Shown: piece by piece, positions 27,380-39,938 of the stretch
Position numbering within the stretch: position 1 is the first letter of the stretch
Layout: every line of letters starts with the position of its first letter
Origin: Tubiluchus corallicola
Taxonomy: Eukaryota; Animalia; Priapulida
DNA: 64,000 nt
Assembly: GCA_030141605.1 (NCBI GenBank)
Contig: JAQGDQ010000598.1
Location: 67,813-131,812, forward strand
Reading direction: 5' to 3'
Made by a program: the position numbers and the translations under genes
Notes under the pieces: model-generated
Database searches by the model: none
Told to the model about the DNA's origin: nothing
The model's input: only the letters and a program-made list of their open reading frames with translations

Positions 27380-27871
27380 AAACAAGTTTGGATAATATTT
27401 GTAAAGTTTGAAAAAATAATCAGAGCATTCGTAGCATACATGCTACTAACTGTATCTTGTCTCTTCTCAATAAGATTAAAAATACGTTTTTGGTTAGTGA
27501 GTGGTGCACCCTGGAGGTGAGTCAACAACACTTTACCATTTGGTGAAAACATTTTAAATAATTAATAATTTTCTTTCCTAGTTATCAAAGTCTTTCAAGC
27601 AGGTAAACGAAATGCTAAATAATATAACCTTTTATGGAATTCTTTTGGGACATAGTTTAACATTTCCTTTCTTCCCCTGATTTACATTGTGCGTATATGA
27701 CGTCATGTAATGACGCCATCGGAACAGTATCGCGCGAAGTTAAAAACGAAAACAAACAAAAGTTCCTTTCAACGTGAGTACGATGAACGCATAAAACGGC
27801 TACAAAGGAATTTAATTTTTAAGGTGATTTTTCAGAAACCTACTTCTGGTACCCCTTTTCTTGTCCTTGAA
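27380..27871 (-). mobile_element. Family C transposon remnant (inverted)
   Basis: Reverse complement of 17708-18130 (shared CACCCTGGAGGTGAGTCA block and GAAACCTACTTC end). Confidence 0.7.
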
Positions 27872-27962
27872 CGTAATGAATTCACGTGTACTATTACTCC
27901 TCGTCTATTACTGTAACCCGTAGCAAAAATTTGCCTACTACTCTGTTTATTTTAACACATCT

Positions 27963-28412
27963 CTGCTGACTCCTGCAGCTTCTTATTGTTGATAATGCGT
28001 AGGTTTCGGTCCAACCACCACTGCCAACATTGGTTAGACCTACGCATTAAGTCTCTGCTACATCCAGCTTGCAGAGAGAAGGATAAAAACAACAAAAACT
28101 AGACGAATTTCACTGCTGACTCCTGCAGCTTCTTATTGTTGATAATGACTAGGTTTCGGTCCAACCACCACTGCCAACATTGGTTAGACCTACGCATTAA
28201 GTCTCTGCTACATCCAGCTTGCAGAGAGAAGGATAAAAACAACAAAAACTAGACGAATTTCACTGCTGACTCCTGCAGCTTCTTATTGTTGATAATGACT
28301 AGGTTTCGGTCCAACCACCACTGCCAACATTGGTTAGACTTACGCATTAAGTCTCTGCTACATCCAGCTTGCAGAGAGAGGGAATAAAAATAAAAAACTA
28401 GACGAATTTCAC
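27963..28412. repeat. Tandem repeat, 150-bp unit x3
   Basis: CTGCTGACTCC at 27963, 28113 and 28263. Confidence 0.97.
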
Positions 28413-29566
28413 AACTTTCTACGGTAAGCATATTTGATTGCATTCGAGCAGTAAAAGCGAATATTCCAGAAATAATTTAGCCAAAAATTGCCTTTCATTC
28501 GACGATAAATACTCGTTGAGTTTGCAAATTTGACGTTATTTTCTCTCGAGATGGTTATAGATGGCGCTTTTGTAACATATCCAAATGAAACAGAGACCGT
28601 ATGTAGCAGTTAAAATAAAGGAATCCCGAAATATTATTAAATAAATCGCAATGTTAGTGGATTTTGATCTAGTGCCTAATTTACCTGGCTTCTCAGGCTT
28701 TGCAATCCGTGTGGTGTTGAATCCGGGATTATTCTGTTATGTTTCTCGATTCTGGGTAATGCGTTTAATCCAGGGCTTAATTTATTATGTTTATAGGTTC
28801 TGCGTAGTGTTAAATCAGTGGCTTAATTTACTGTGCTTACGTCCTGTGCACTGATTTAAATGCCACGCTTGCGCAGAAAGTGACCGAAAGTGACCACTAG
28901 ACTCGCGCAAAAAGAGAGACAACAATAGGCGCCATGTGCTAATACAAATTAATTAGTTGCCATGGAAACTGTTTACCTTAGCTAGCACACTGCTATTGAG
29001 ACTGCCTGGTATTTTTGTGAGCATTGATTGAGATCAAAACACTAAAATTAGCAATTTTTTTTAGAAAACTTTTTATTTAAAAAATAATTCAGCAACACGC
29101 CGCTTAATGGTGTTGCCTCAAAGACACATAATTCTAGCATTTAGTTGTTTAGTTTAAATCTAAATTAGTGGCTGATTTAAAGATGGTTTTTCTCATTATA
29201 AGATTTCACTTTTTCACAGCACCTCTTTATTTTGTTAAATGAAAATAGTCTCCACAATTTTACGATATTATTTTAAGTTTATTTTCTAGTTTATACTTTG
29301 TATAGTTCTTTGTTAACCACTGTCCTCTGTAACACACAACAAATAGTTTGATTTTTGCCTTTTACTCTTAACAAGGCTGACAGCAATACGATGAGTATGA
29401 AACAACTGCTACTATATAAGTGCCACATAACGAACAAGTGCAAGGTTTAACACAACAAGCAGTTGTGCAACCTACTTGAATATAAGCGCTATACGAATAC
29501 GTGCAATTACTAATGACATTATTAATGCTTATACGAAACAATACCAGGTAAACGGCCATAATTGTT

Positions 29567-29896
29567 ATCACTAATATAACTTCTACGGACAAGAATCAAA
29601 GTGGTTCACTCATCCATTCACTGACCAGTCTCAGCGTCACATACTTAATTATTTCAATCGTCAACACGACACCGAATCACTAATATAACTTCTACGGACA
29701 AGAATCAAAGTGGTTCACTCATCCATTCACTGACCAGTCTCAGCGTCACATACTTAATTATTTCAATCGCCAACACGACACCGAATCACTAATATAACTT
29801 CTACGGACAAGAATCAAAGTGGTTCACTCATCCATTCACTGACCAGTCTCAGCGTCACATACTTAATTATTTCAATCTACAACACGACACCGAATC
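29567..29896. repeat. Tandem repeat, 109-bp unit x3
   Basis: ATCACTAATATAAC at 29567, 29676 and 29785. Confidence 0.97.
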
Positions 29897-30704
29897 CGCT
29901 AAACCATGCATTTGGCCGTTTATTAGATCAGCAAAACTATATTTCGACTTTGAACAGCTTCAGTTGAAGTGCTGAAGTGGTCAGCGCACCAGCTAGAGGT
30001 CGCTGACTGACCTATCTGCATTTCGCGCTCGAGTAACTGCGCAGCTTTTCCTCGATTTTGCGCTTTTTCTGATTTCACGCATCTTGCTACATTTTCTCGT
30101 TGAGCAGACGCTATTTTAACAGAGACTTAATAAGATCCATCGGTTGCGATGAATTCCGCGTCCTTTCATTAATGAATCGCTTTGAAGCGTCTACGACCAT
30201 CAGTCTTAATGCACAAAGCAGAGAGTCTATTGACTCTGTTCATTTATACTGGTCTTTAGTAAATGAAATACTAATAAACGGGCAGTTTCATAACAAACTT
30301 AACGACGGCTTTGCAACGAAGGAGTCATTTTTCAAAATGTCTGCCAGACGACAGCAGCCATTTTCTTTCACAGACAGCAATATAAATTATAAAGACTGAT
30401 AAAAACTAGCTTGTCGAGAACAGCGATAAAATTTGTTTTTAATTTTCATTTAATACATTAGACTGAATGTTTTATCTAAAGTTTGTTCTCGAGAAGTATT
30501 ATTAATGTTTGATGTCCATTGCCGTGTCCCCTGTTTATATTTGTAAATGTAAACAATAAACAAATGAGTTAAAACATCATGATGTTCTTATTTACATTAT
30601 CATATCATAACATACAATCTGTAAATGAAAATATATAAGTGTTAGTAGACGTCACAACATATTACAATTCAATATATAATCCTGGGAATTTCTGTCCTGA
30701 CACC

Positions 30705-32082
30705 TACAGTGTATTTATTAAGTTCAGAGATAGCATTGCCTTTAAACGTGGGGGAAACTTTACTTCCCTTTAATTACAGTTAGTACATATTAAGTTTAGA
30801 GATAACTTTGCCTCTAAAAGTGGAGAAAACTTTACTTCCCTTTAACTACAGTGAGTACATATTAAGTTTAGAGATAGCTTTGCCTCTATACGTGGGGAAA
30901 ACTTTACTTCCCTTTAACTACAGTTGGTACATATTAAGTTTAGAGATAGTTTTGCCTCCAAACGTGGGGAAAACTTTACTTCCCTTTAACTACAGTTGGT
31001 ACATATTAAGTTTAGAGATAGCTTTGCCTTTAAACGTGGGGAAACTTTACTTCCCTTTAACTACAGTTAGTACATATTAAGTTTAGAGATAGTTTTGCCT
31101 TTAAACGTGGGGAAACTTTACTTCCCTTTAACTACAGTTAGTACATATTAAGTTTAGAGATAGCTTTGCCTTTAAACGTGGGGAAACTTTACTTCCCTTT
31201 AACTACAGTTGGTACATATTAAGTTTAGAGATAGTTTTGCCTTTAAACGTGGGGAAACTTTACTTCCCTTTAACTACAGTTGGTACATATTAAGTTTAGA
31301 GATAGCTTTGCCTCTAAACCTGAGAAAACTTTACTTCCCTCTAACTACAGTCGGTACATATTAAGTTTAGAGATAGCTTTGCCTCTAAACGTGGGGAAAC
31401 TTTACTTCCCTTTAACTACAGTTAGTACATATTAAGTTAAGAGATAGCTTTGCTTCTAAACGTGGAGAAAACTTTACTTCCCTTTAACTACAGTTAGTGC
31501 ATATTAAGTTTAGAGATAGCTTTACCTCTAAACGTGGGGAAACTTTACTTCCCTTTAACTACAGTTAGTGCATATTAAGTTTAGAGATAGCTTTACCTCT
31601 AAACGTGGGGAAACTTTACTTCCCTTTAACTACAGTTAGTGCATATTAAGTTTAGAGATAGCTTTACCTCTAAACGTGGGGAAACTTTACTTCCCTTTAA
31701 CTACAGTTAGTGCATATTAAGTTTAGAGATAGCTTTGCCTCTAAACGTGGGGAAACTTTACTTCCCTTTAACTACAGTTAGTGCATATTAAGTTTAGAGA
31801 TAGCTTTACCTCTAAACATGGAGAAAACTTTACTTCCCTTTAACTACAGTTAGTACATATTAAGTTAAGAGATAGCTTTGCCTCCAAACGTGGGGAAACT
31901 TTACTTCCCTTTAACTACAGTTAGTACATATTAAGTTCTCTAAACGTGGGAAAACTTTACTTCCCTTTAACTACAGTTAGTACATATTAAGTTCTCTAAA
32001 CGTGGGAAAACTTTACTTCCCTTTAACTACAGTTAGTACATATTAAGTTTAGAGATAGCTTTGTATCTAAACGTGGGGAAAG
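30705..32082. repeat. Minisatellite, 71-72-bp unit, about 19 copies
   Basis: AAGTTTAGAGATAGCTTTGCC...CCCTTTAACTACAG repeated. Two shortened units near the right end. Confidence 0.97.
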
Positions 32083-33734
32083 TTCGGCTCCGTCAACTAT
32101 CATGACCATCAGGTCTTTTCCAACAAGTTATTTCTTGCCTCATACTTCATACCAGGCCTATTCATTAAACAATTACACGGTTAATGATACGATAAGACAA
32201 GTTTACCATATACATACATGTACAGTCGAACTACATAAGTAACTATGTACTCTTTCTTTAAGTACTTCGCACAGTTATTTATACATAGCAAATGTAAATT
32301 TGCTTACTTCGGAAATGAGTTTCCGACACAGCCGGTAAAATCCCGTATGTCTTGGAAGCTGTTTTTAGCTCTTGCTAATTGGTTTCATTGCAATCTTTGT
32401 GAAGTTGACATTAATCTCATGTATCGTAAGTTTCGTGAACTGTTACTTAAAGCATTCTGCGATCGGTAAAGCTTTTATACAAAGGAAAGATGTCAAAACG
32501 TAAAAGGAATTAATGAAATTTTCCGCTTTTACGTAGTATGTTTACACAAAATTTCCCACCAGAGTAACAAGCTCCAACCTTAAAGGGCAGTAACAAAGAA
32601 TTTTAAAGTATAGGATATCCCAAAAAACTTTCTAATCAAAGTTATATTACTTAGCATTACACTTACCTGTTTGAAAGACTTATATAATTGGAGAAGAAAA
32701 TTCTTTATAATTTAAAAGTGTTCGTGTCACCTGGTAAAACGACACGGTACCTCTACGACCCGATGACCTTTCTCCACCCAGCCTCTTTCTCATATTAGGA
32801 AAACCTCCTATTGAGTTGTATGAGGCACTAAACTTGAGTTGAATTGAATTTTAATGACATAATAATGTAGAATTCTAAATAATGCCCAAAGTCTGGGCCT
32901 GATTATGACCTGTTACAGTCCATAGACTAATGAAATTATGGGACCCCTCTGACGAAGCCACTCTCTGATTTGTCTGGAATATTTTGCATTTGTGATATAT
33001 TCCAGCAACATTTGCATAGCTGGGGGCTCCATGTTTGAAATAAAGAGCTTCACGGAGGGGCCTTTATCTCAAACAAGGCTCAAAAAAAGGCCCCGAACAA
33101 GGGGAAGGCCTCAAACAGGGCTTCTTTATCTCAAATGAGAAGCCACTTCAAAATTGGATTTTCCAACTTCTTGGCTTCTTTCTTAAATTTGAAATTCTAT
33201 TTTAAGTTACATGAATTATTCAATAATGCAAAGTATGGGCCCAAAGCTTTTGAGGGGCCCTAGGCTGTAGCCTATAATAGCCCATAGGATCACCCTGCCC
33301 TGCATAAAGTGACGCAGAACAGCCTTGCGTCGTTCGCATACATTTGATACGTACCGTAATATCCAAATTCTTCCAACATTGATTCTCCTGTATCTAATCC
33401 CAGTTGTCAGTAGATTTGTTGAATTCCCTCGTAAAACCCAAGTGCAATGGCTTCGCGGTTTTACTGTGAATTTGTCTTCAGTGCAGCTAAATGGCTGGTA
33501 AAGAGTTATGCGCATTTATTTTATTTCACGTGACATATATCTTTCTGTAGCAGACACTGCTGCTCATAAAAAGGCTATATATACACTTTCAGAAGATTAA
33601 AACGCATTTGAGAGCAGCTATTATTGGCTTTAGGTTGACTGTATTATGGAGAGTTTTATATGTTTTGCAAAACATAAAATGCCTGAAAGACAAAACGTGC
33701 ATGTCAAGTGTGGCGTCTTGTTACATGACTGTGT

Positions 33735-35730
33735 GAAACAGTTTTGAATGAAGGAGGAGTTCTCTAGCCATTACAGGATGCTGGCACACTTACGACTGAA
33801 GTCGGTGTAAAACAGTTCTGGACGAAGGAGGAGTTCTCTAGTCATTACAGGACGCTGGCACACTTACGACTGAAGTCGGTGGAAAATAGCTCTGGACGAA
33901 AGAGAAGTTCTCTAGCCATCACAGGACGCTGGCACACTTACGACTGAATTCGGTGTAAAACAGTTCTGGACGAAGGAGTTCTCTAGCCATTACAGGACAC
34001 TGGCACACTTACGACTGAAGTCGGTGTAAAACAGTTCTGGACGGAGGAGGAGTTCTCTAGCCATTACAGGATGCTGGCACACTTACGACTGAAGTCGGTG
34101 GAAAACAGTTCTGGACGAAGGAGGAGTTCTCTAGCCATTACAGGACACTGGCACGCTTACGACTGAAGTCGGTATAAAACAGTTCTGGACGAAGGAGGAG
34201 TTCTCTAGCCATTACAGGACACTGGCACACTTACGACTGAAGTCGGTGTAAAACAGTTCTGGACGGAGGAGGAGTTCTCTAGCCATTACAGGATGCTGGC
34301 ACACTTACGACTGAAGTCGGTGGAAAACAGTTCTGGACGAAGGAGGAGTTCTCTAGCCATTACAGGACACTGGCACGCTTACGACTGAAGTCGGTATAAA
34401 ACAGTTCTGGACGAAGGAGGAGTTCTCTAGCCATTACAGGACACTGGCACACTTACGACTGAAGTCGGTGTAAAACAGTTCTGGACGGAGGAGGAGTTCT
34501 CTAGCCATTACAGGATGCTGGCACACTTACGACTGAAGTCGGTGGAAAACAGTTCTGGACCAAGGAGGAGTTCTCTAGCCATTACAGGACACTGGCACGC
34601 TTACGACTGAAGTCGGTGTAAAACAGTTCTGGACGAAGGAGGAGTTCTCTAGCCATTACAGGACACTGGCACACTTACGACTGAAGTCGGTGTAAAACAG
34701 TTCTGGACGAAGGAGGAGTTCTCTAGCCATTACAGGACGCTGGCACACTTACGACTGAAGTCGGTGTAAAACAGTTCTGGACGAAGGAGGAGTTCTCTAG
34801 CCATTACAGGACGCTGGCACACTTACGACTGAAGTCGGTATAAAACAGTTCTGGACGAAGGAGGAGTTCTCTAGCCATTACAGGACGCTGGCACTCTTAC
34901 GACTGAAGTCGGTATAAAACAGTTCTGGACGAAGGAGGAGTTCTCTAGCCATTACAGGATGCTGGCACGCTTATGACTGAAGTCGGTGGCAAAACACTTC
35001 TGGACGAAGGAGGAGTTCTCTAGCCATTACAGGACGCTGGCACTCTTACGACTGAAGTCGGTGTAAAACAGTTCTGGACGAAGGAGGAGTTCTCTAGCCA
35101 TTACAGGACGCTGGCACGCTTATGACTAAAGTCGGTGGCAAAACACTTCTGGACGAAGGAGGAGTTCTCTAGCCATTACAGGACGCTGGCACACTTACGA
35201 CTGAAGTCGGTATAAAACAGTTCTGGACGAAGGAGGAGTTCTCTAGCCATTACAGGACGCTGGCACTCTACGACTGAAGTCAGTGTAAAACAGTTCTGGA
35301 CGAAGGAGGAGTTCTCTAGCCATTACAGGACGCTGGCACTCTTACGACTGAAGTCAGTGTAAAACAGTTCTGGACGAAGGAGGAGTTCTCTAGCCATTAC
35401 AGGACGCTGGCACGCTTACGATTGAAGTCGGTGGCAAAACACTTCTGGACGAAGGAGGAGTTCTCTAGCCATTACAGGAGCTGGCACACTTACGACTGAA
35501 GTCGGTGTAAACAGTTCTGGACGAAGGAGGAGTTCTCTAGCCATTACAGGAGCTGGCACACTTACGACTGAAGTCGGTGTAAAACAGTTCTGGACGAAGG
35601 AGGAGTTCTCTAGCCATTACAGGACACTGGCACACTTACGACTGAAGTCGGTGTAAAACAGTTCTGGACGAAGGAGGAGTTCTCTAGCCATTACAGGACG
35701 CTGGCACACTTACGACTGAAGTCTGTAAAA
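33735..35730. repeat. Minisatellite, 74-bp unit, about 27 copies
   Basis: AAAACAGTTCTGGACGAAGGAGGAG...CGACTGAAGTCGGTGT repeated head to tail. Confidence 0.98.
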
Positions 35731-36394
35731 CTTGCTTTCAGGAATCGTCAGAAAAGTGCCGTTGGCACATTCAGGATAAAATTTGGTGGCCCTTTTGTCT
35801 AGCAGACCTTTGTTCACCTGCCCACCGATGTGTGTTTAGTGGACCAAAGCAAAGCAATGCTGAGCCCGGCAGTAAATAGATGGGCGACTGCTTGGAAAGC
35901 TGTCTCTAGGTTTCTTCACATGTCATATTGTCTCCAGCTGTTTACGTCTTTGAGGAGAACACATAAGCAATCAAAAATGTTTCAACCAGTTCAGTGCTTT
36001 CTGATCTTATAGGCTTGAACATGCCTAGGTTCTGGTCCTGAAATAAACGTTAACCCATGTCAGGGAGTGCCGAATGCCAGCTTGCAGTCAGTCGAAATCT
36101 ATACAAAAAAAAACCTACAACAACTAATTTCCTATCTTGAAGCCAGAAGACAAATGTTTACAGCCTTAATCCGCTATAAGCAGAAATTATTCACAAGGTT
36201 ACTCATCATCGCTACCCACATTTGTCCAAAGGGACATTATGTCAGTGCCATATAATAATGGATATGAGTTCACCTCTTTGGGATATTGGGATAAATAATA
36301 ACTTTTTAGCCGAAAGTTGCAGTAAACAAACTCGGCTTGAATTGAATTCTCTTGACAAGTCAAGAACACCAGCTGTTTCATGAATACAGGCTAT

Positions 36395-36550
36395 CACCAT
36401 CATCGGTATCATGATCATCATCGTCGTCGTTGTCATCATCATCATCATCTTCTTCGTTATCATCATGGTCATCATTATCATCATTATCGTCATCATCATC
36501 GTTATCACCATCGTCTTCTTTATTATCTTCATTGTCGCCATGATCATCAC

Positions 36551-36629
<79 letters not shown>

Positions 36630-36630
36630 T
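36395..36630. repeat. Degenerate (CAT)n plus (AAT)n microsatellite
   Basis: Direct reading. Confidence 0.95.
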
Positions 36631-36915
36631 AGTTATTCTCAACCATGATCAGATGCACCTTCCTCAATAAGCTTCCTCAAGTATTGAAGCTGGCTGTCAC
36701 AAATCTATTCGCTGATGAGGCTTGAGGTTGCCTAACTTCGGTCGCTAAGCACACGGCTTGAGTTTTCAGGTTGTTGGGAAGTTTCTCGGGAAGCCCCATG
36801 CTTTGAATGCAAAATGTTTTGATTCCTAGGACTCATTACTCAGCAGTCCACAGAGTCATTTTTGGTGGAGGCGGATAAAAATCTGGGTCTTTACTGCACT
36901 TTCCTTACATAATAT

Positions 36916-37393
36916 TGTTGTTGGCATCCTTCTGTCTCGGAAGACAATGGGGTGTGCGCCAGGAGAGTCAGTTATTTCTCCAGGGCGCACGCCTGGGCAA
37001 GGTGTATGGAGATCCTGAGTTGCCCATATAACAGGAACCCCCTCTCTTCCTCGCTGGTGTAGTCCAAAGGAAAGCGGAGCGATACGTTTGGCACCAGGTT
37101 GGCTGCAGGAGCTGCCGGAGTCAGTGAGCATGCTGCACTGGTCCGCCTTCGGGGCTCCACTCCTGATTTGGAACGTTTACTCCTCCACACATGACCGTTG
37201 GGTCACCTGACCTCCTTCGCCCTCTTGTGCAGCTCCTCCGCCTAGTGTCGAGATACAGTGTGGGCATCCTGCAAGCCTACAGCACCCGATATTCCTAGGC
37301 GGTCACCCATCCAAGTACTAACCAGGCTCTAGGTTGCTTCACTTCGGTGATCAGACGAGTACCGGTGTTTTCAACGTGATATGGCCGTAGACG
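36916..37393 (-). mobile_element. 5S rRNA-headed SINE3-like retroposon with bipartite RTE-derived body
   Basis: A 10-bp TSD TACATAATAT (36906-36915 / 37394-37403) encloses the 5S head, RTE 5' region, RTE 3' end and (CAA) tail. Confidence 0.85.
37273..37392 (-). pseudogene. Full-length 5S rRNA-derived sequence (120 nt) forming the head of the retroposon
   Basis: Minus strand reads GTCTACGGCCATATCACGTTGAAAACACCGG...GCCTGGTTAGTACTTGGATGGGTGACCGCC...GTGCTGTAGGCTT. No oligo-T terminator follows, and it is not in a tandem array. Confidence 0.93.
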
Positions 37394-38457
37394 TACATAA
37401 TATACGTGTTAAAATTAATCTCTTGCCACTAAAATTAGTCAAATATTTCTCCCGTTTCTCCCTCTCCCCCTCTCGTTTCTATAGAACTTATAGTACTATG
37501 TGCTTTAGCGGCACGTCTGCACCATCCCACGCACCTTTGCAATCACTACTTGCTTGCTACCTTTTCTCAAACATCCTCATTAGTCGCTGACATTGGCTAC
37601 AAAATTGCACAGCCCTCCTTCCCGCCTATTTCTGGCTTCATTAGCGACATCTATCGATCGTTTTTGCTAGCAAATTATAGACACTTTTACCTTCACGAGC
37701 GGTAATTGTTACGCCATTGTCGCGACGATAATGGTGTTTTCAAGCTCTATGCTTGGCGTTTTAGTCCGTAGATCGAGAGTGAGGGATTAGTGGTATAACT
37801 CGAAGCGAGACAGTGGCAAGAGAGTGTAGGGCATCATTGACAGCTTGTAAATCGTTTGACCATGCTTAACGATTGCCATTCTGCTGTAATGGAAATCATT
37901 AAACACCGTCAGAGAATTTACAAGCTGTCAACGCCGCCTGTAATGAAATGAAGCCATGCTTTGGATATGTATTTTTGTACAGACAAAATCACAACACTGG
38001 AGGGATTCTCTTGTCTATTTATTTCCTAGAAGGGGTGTCTCAATGTCTCAATTGCTTGTAAATAGTGAACATAACGACTTGGTCATCTCCGTTAGGGGAA
38101 TTTTGACTGAGTGGTCACGGTAGCAGCTTACCACTGAAGTTAAGCAACGTGAGCCTGGTTTGCGAACAGATACCTTCTCTAATTGCCTAAAAGTTGATTA
38201 CGTCATATCTGTTGGGCGATGAGAATGACATCTATTCAAAGGTAGTTGTACCTGAGGAATATATTTCTGTTACTTTTATTTAAAAAATGGCCGCCGCTTC
38301 CATGACAAAGATTGATACTTCTTCAGTTATCGCTTTTTCAACTTCACCGTGCATGCACGACAAAATATTCAAAGTTTTAAAAAGAAGAACAGAATCAAAA
38401 TCAGCACAGTCAAAATCGTGAGTAAATGGAAAATTTCCAAAAATAGAAGGAAGAATG

Positions 38458-38994
38458 TTAAAGGAAGACCAGACGATCGTTTAGACTCAATCTCATTTTA
38501 ATTTACTGACTAAAATATACATTTTCTTGCCTATAAAAGTTAAGAATTGTTACTTATATTTGAATAATTAGCTTAGAAAGTTAATTAACGGCAACCGAAC
38601 ACAGCTATTGCTTACATCAGAAACTAACCACAGGTTGTGGAATGGCAGGCGTCTTCCCTTGCGCATGAAGCACATTTGCGTAAGTGTTACAGTAGTGTTT
38701 AAATGCATGTCACGAAAAAGGGGTTCTATATCATATGACGTCAGAAACTAGCACTGCAGTTCATGATCATGCTTATCACGGTACCGCCTCCTATTTGTCG
38801 GCCAGGCGAATGTGACAAAAAGGCTCCGCTGCCAATCTTAGAAGATTCACTGAGCCGCGCGTAGCTTTAAAAGTTTAACGAAATTTGAAGGTCCGAGGTA
38901 ATTATTATTTAATCCAAGCTTTGATTTTAAATAAGCTTTTGTAGTTTTCAATATTTCAGAGCATGTTTACACAATCATCCCGGTTTTCCTTTAA
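38458..38994 (-). mobile_element. Kolobok/T2-type MITE, family A (inverted copy)
   Basis: Reverse complement of 13880-14388, with TTAA at both ends. Confidence 0.85.
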
Positions 38995-39611
38995 TGACGC
39001 ATTGCTATAGCAATTTGACAAGCAGACTTATGTCGTGTAATCTAGGATAACTTGAATTCACTTGCCACGTGGAGTTACTTAACGCAGAAATAATGTTCTC
39101 ACGAAAAGCTTTAAAGCTTTGTCTGTCACCAACAAAACTCTAGAGAAACACAAATCCCATTTTATCTCTCATAAACATGGTTAGCGCCTGAAGTCGCGCA
39201 TGCGCATTGATGACTGTCGAGTAATTAAAAATGCGTTATCAGCTATTGTAACGTTAGCCAGTAATTAAGGATGCTGACAACTGAAGAATTTGATGAGCTT
39301 AATTTACTTTGATGTATTTATGAGACATTGTGGGTCTAATGGAGGTAACGACATTTTCAAGTTTTAAAAAACGCTAAAAGATTTCATATTAGAATAAAAC
39401 TCTAATATATACCATCTGTAATTGTTTTCAAACGCATCATTTAATATAACGTGAAGTGTAAGTCTATAAGAAGACGAACAAGGAGAATGAAGAAAAAGAA
39501 GTTGGAGAAGTAAGAAGAAGTAAATTCATTCTGGCACCTGTTGAGTGTGCCCGGTTTTCGCCTCTTTTGCACCTCACCCTCTTGATTGCTATGGCTTGTT
39601 AATATTATTAA

Positions 39612-39938
39612 CCCTTTCATACCCATTGTATCCCGTGGGATGCAAGAACTTTTTTGCCTTTAAAATTAATATAATTTTAAAACTGGCAGTTATTTTGATC
39701 TGTTAATAGTTATTTTGATTTAAGACAATAAAAACAGACTAAAAATAGTGATAAAATGGCAAACTAGAAAATCAACATAGCGTGTAGATCAGCATAGCAT
39801 GCATACTAAATGTCTTAAATACTTTAAAAAAAATTATAAAAAAACAATTATTATGTGTAAACAAGATGGACATACTGAACAAAAGTATCAAGCCAAAATA
39901 TATTTTCTTTTTAACAAAATAATTTGGGACTGAAAGAG
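39612..39938 (-). mobile_element. piggyBac-type MITE, internally deleted copy
   Basis: TTAA-CCCTTTCA start. Reverse complement of 42603-43058, lacking an internal block. Confidence 0.75.

Noticed and set aside
30705-35730. 71-74-bp periodic arrays resembling CRISPR repeat-plus-spacer period
   Set aside because: The whole unit is repeated and no spacer portion varies between units.
36705-36750. Hammerhead ribozyme at CTGATGAGGC...GCC
   Set aside because: The GAAA half of the core is absent (GCCTAAC) and no stem I/III pairing was found.
37273-37392. Functional 5S rRNA gene
   Set aside because: No oligo-T terminator, not in an array, several substitutions, and enclosed with an RTE body inside a TSD.
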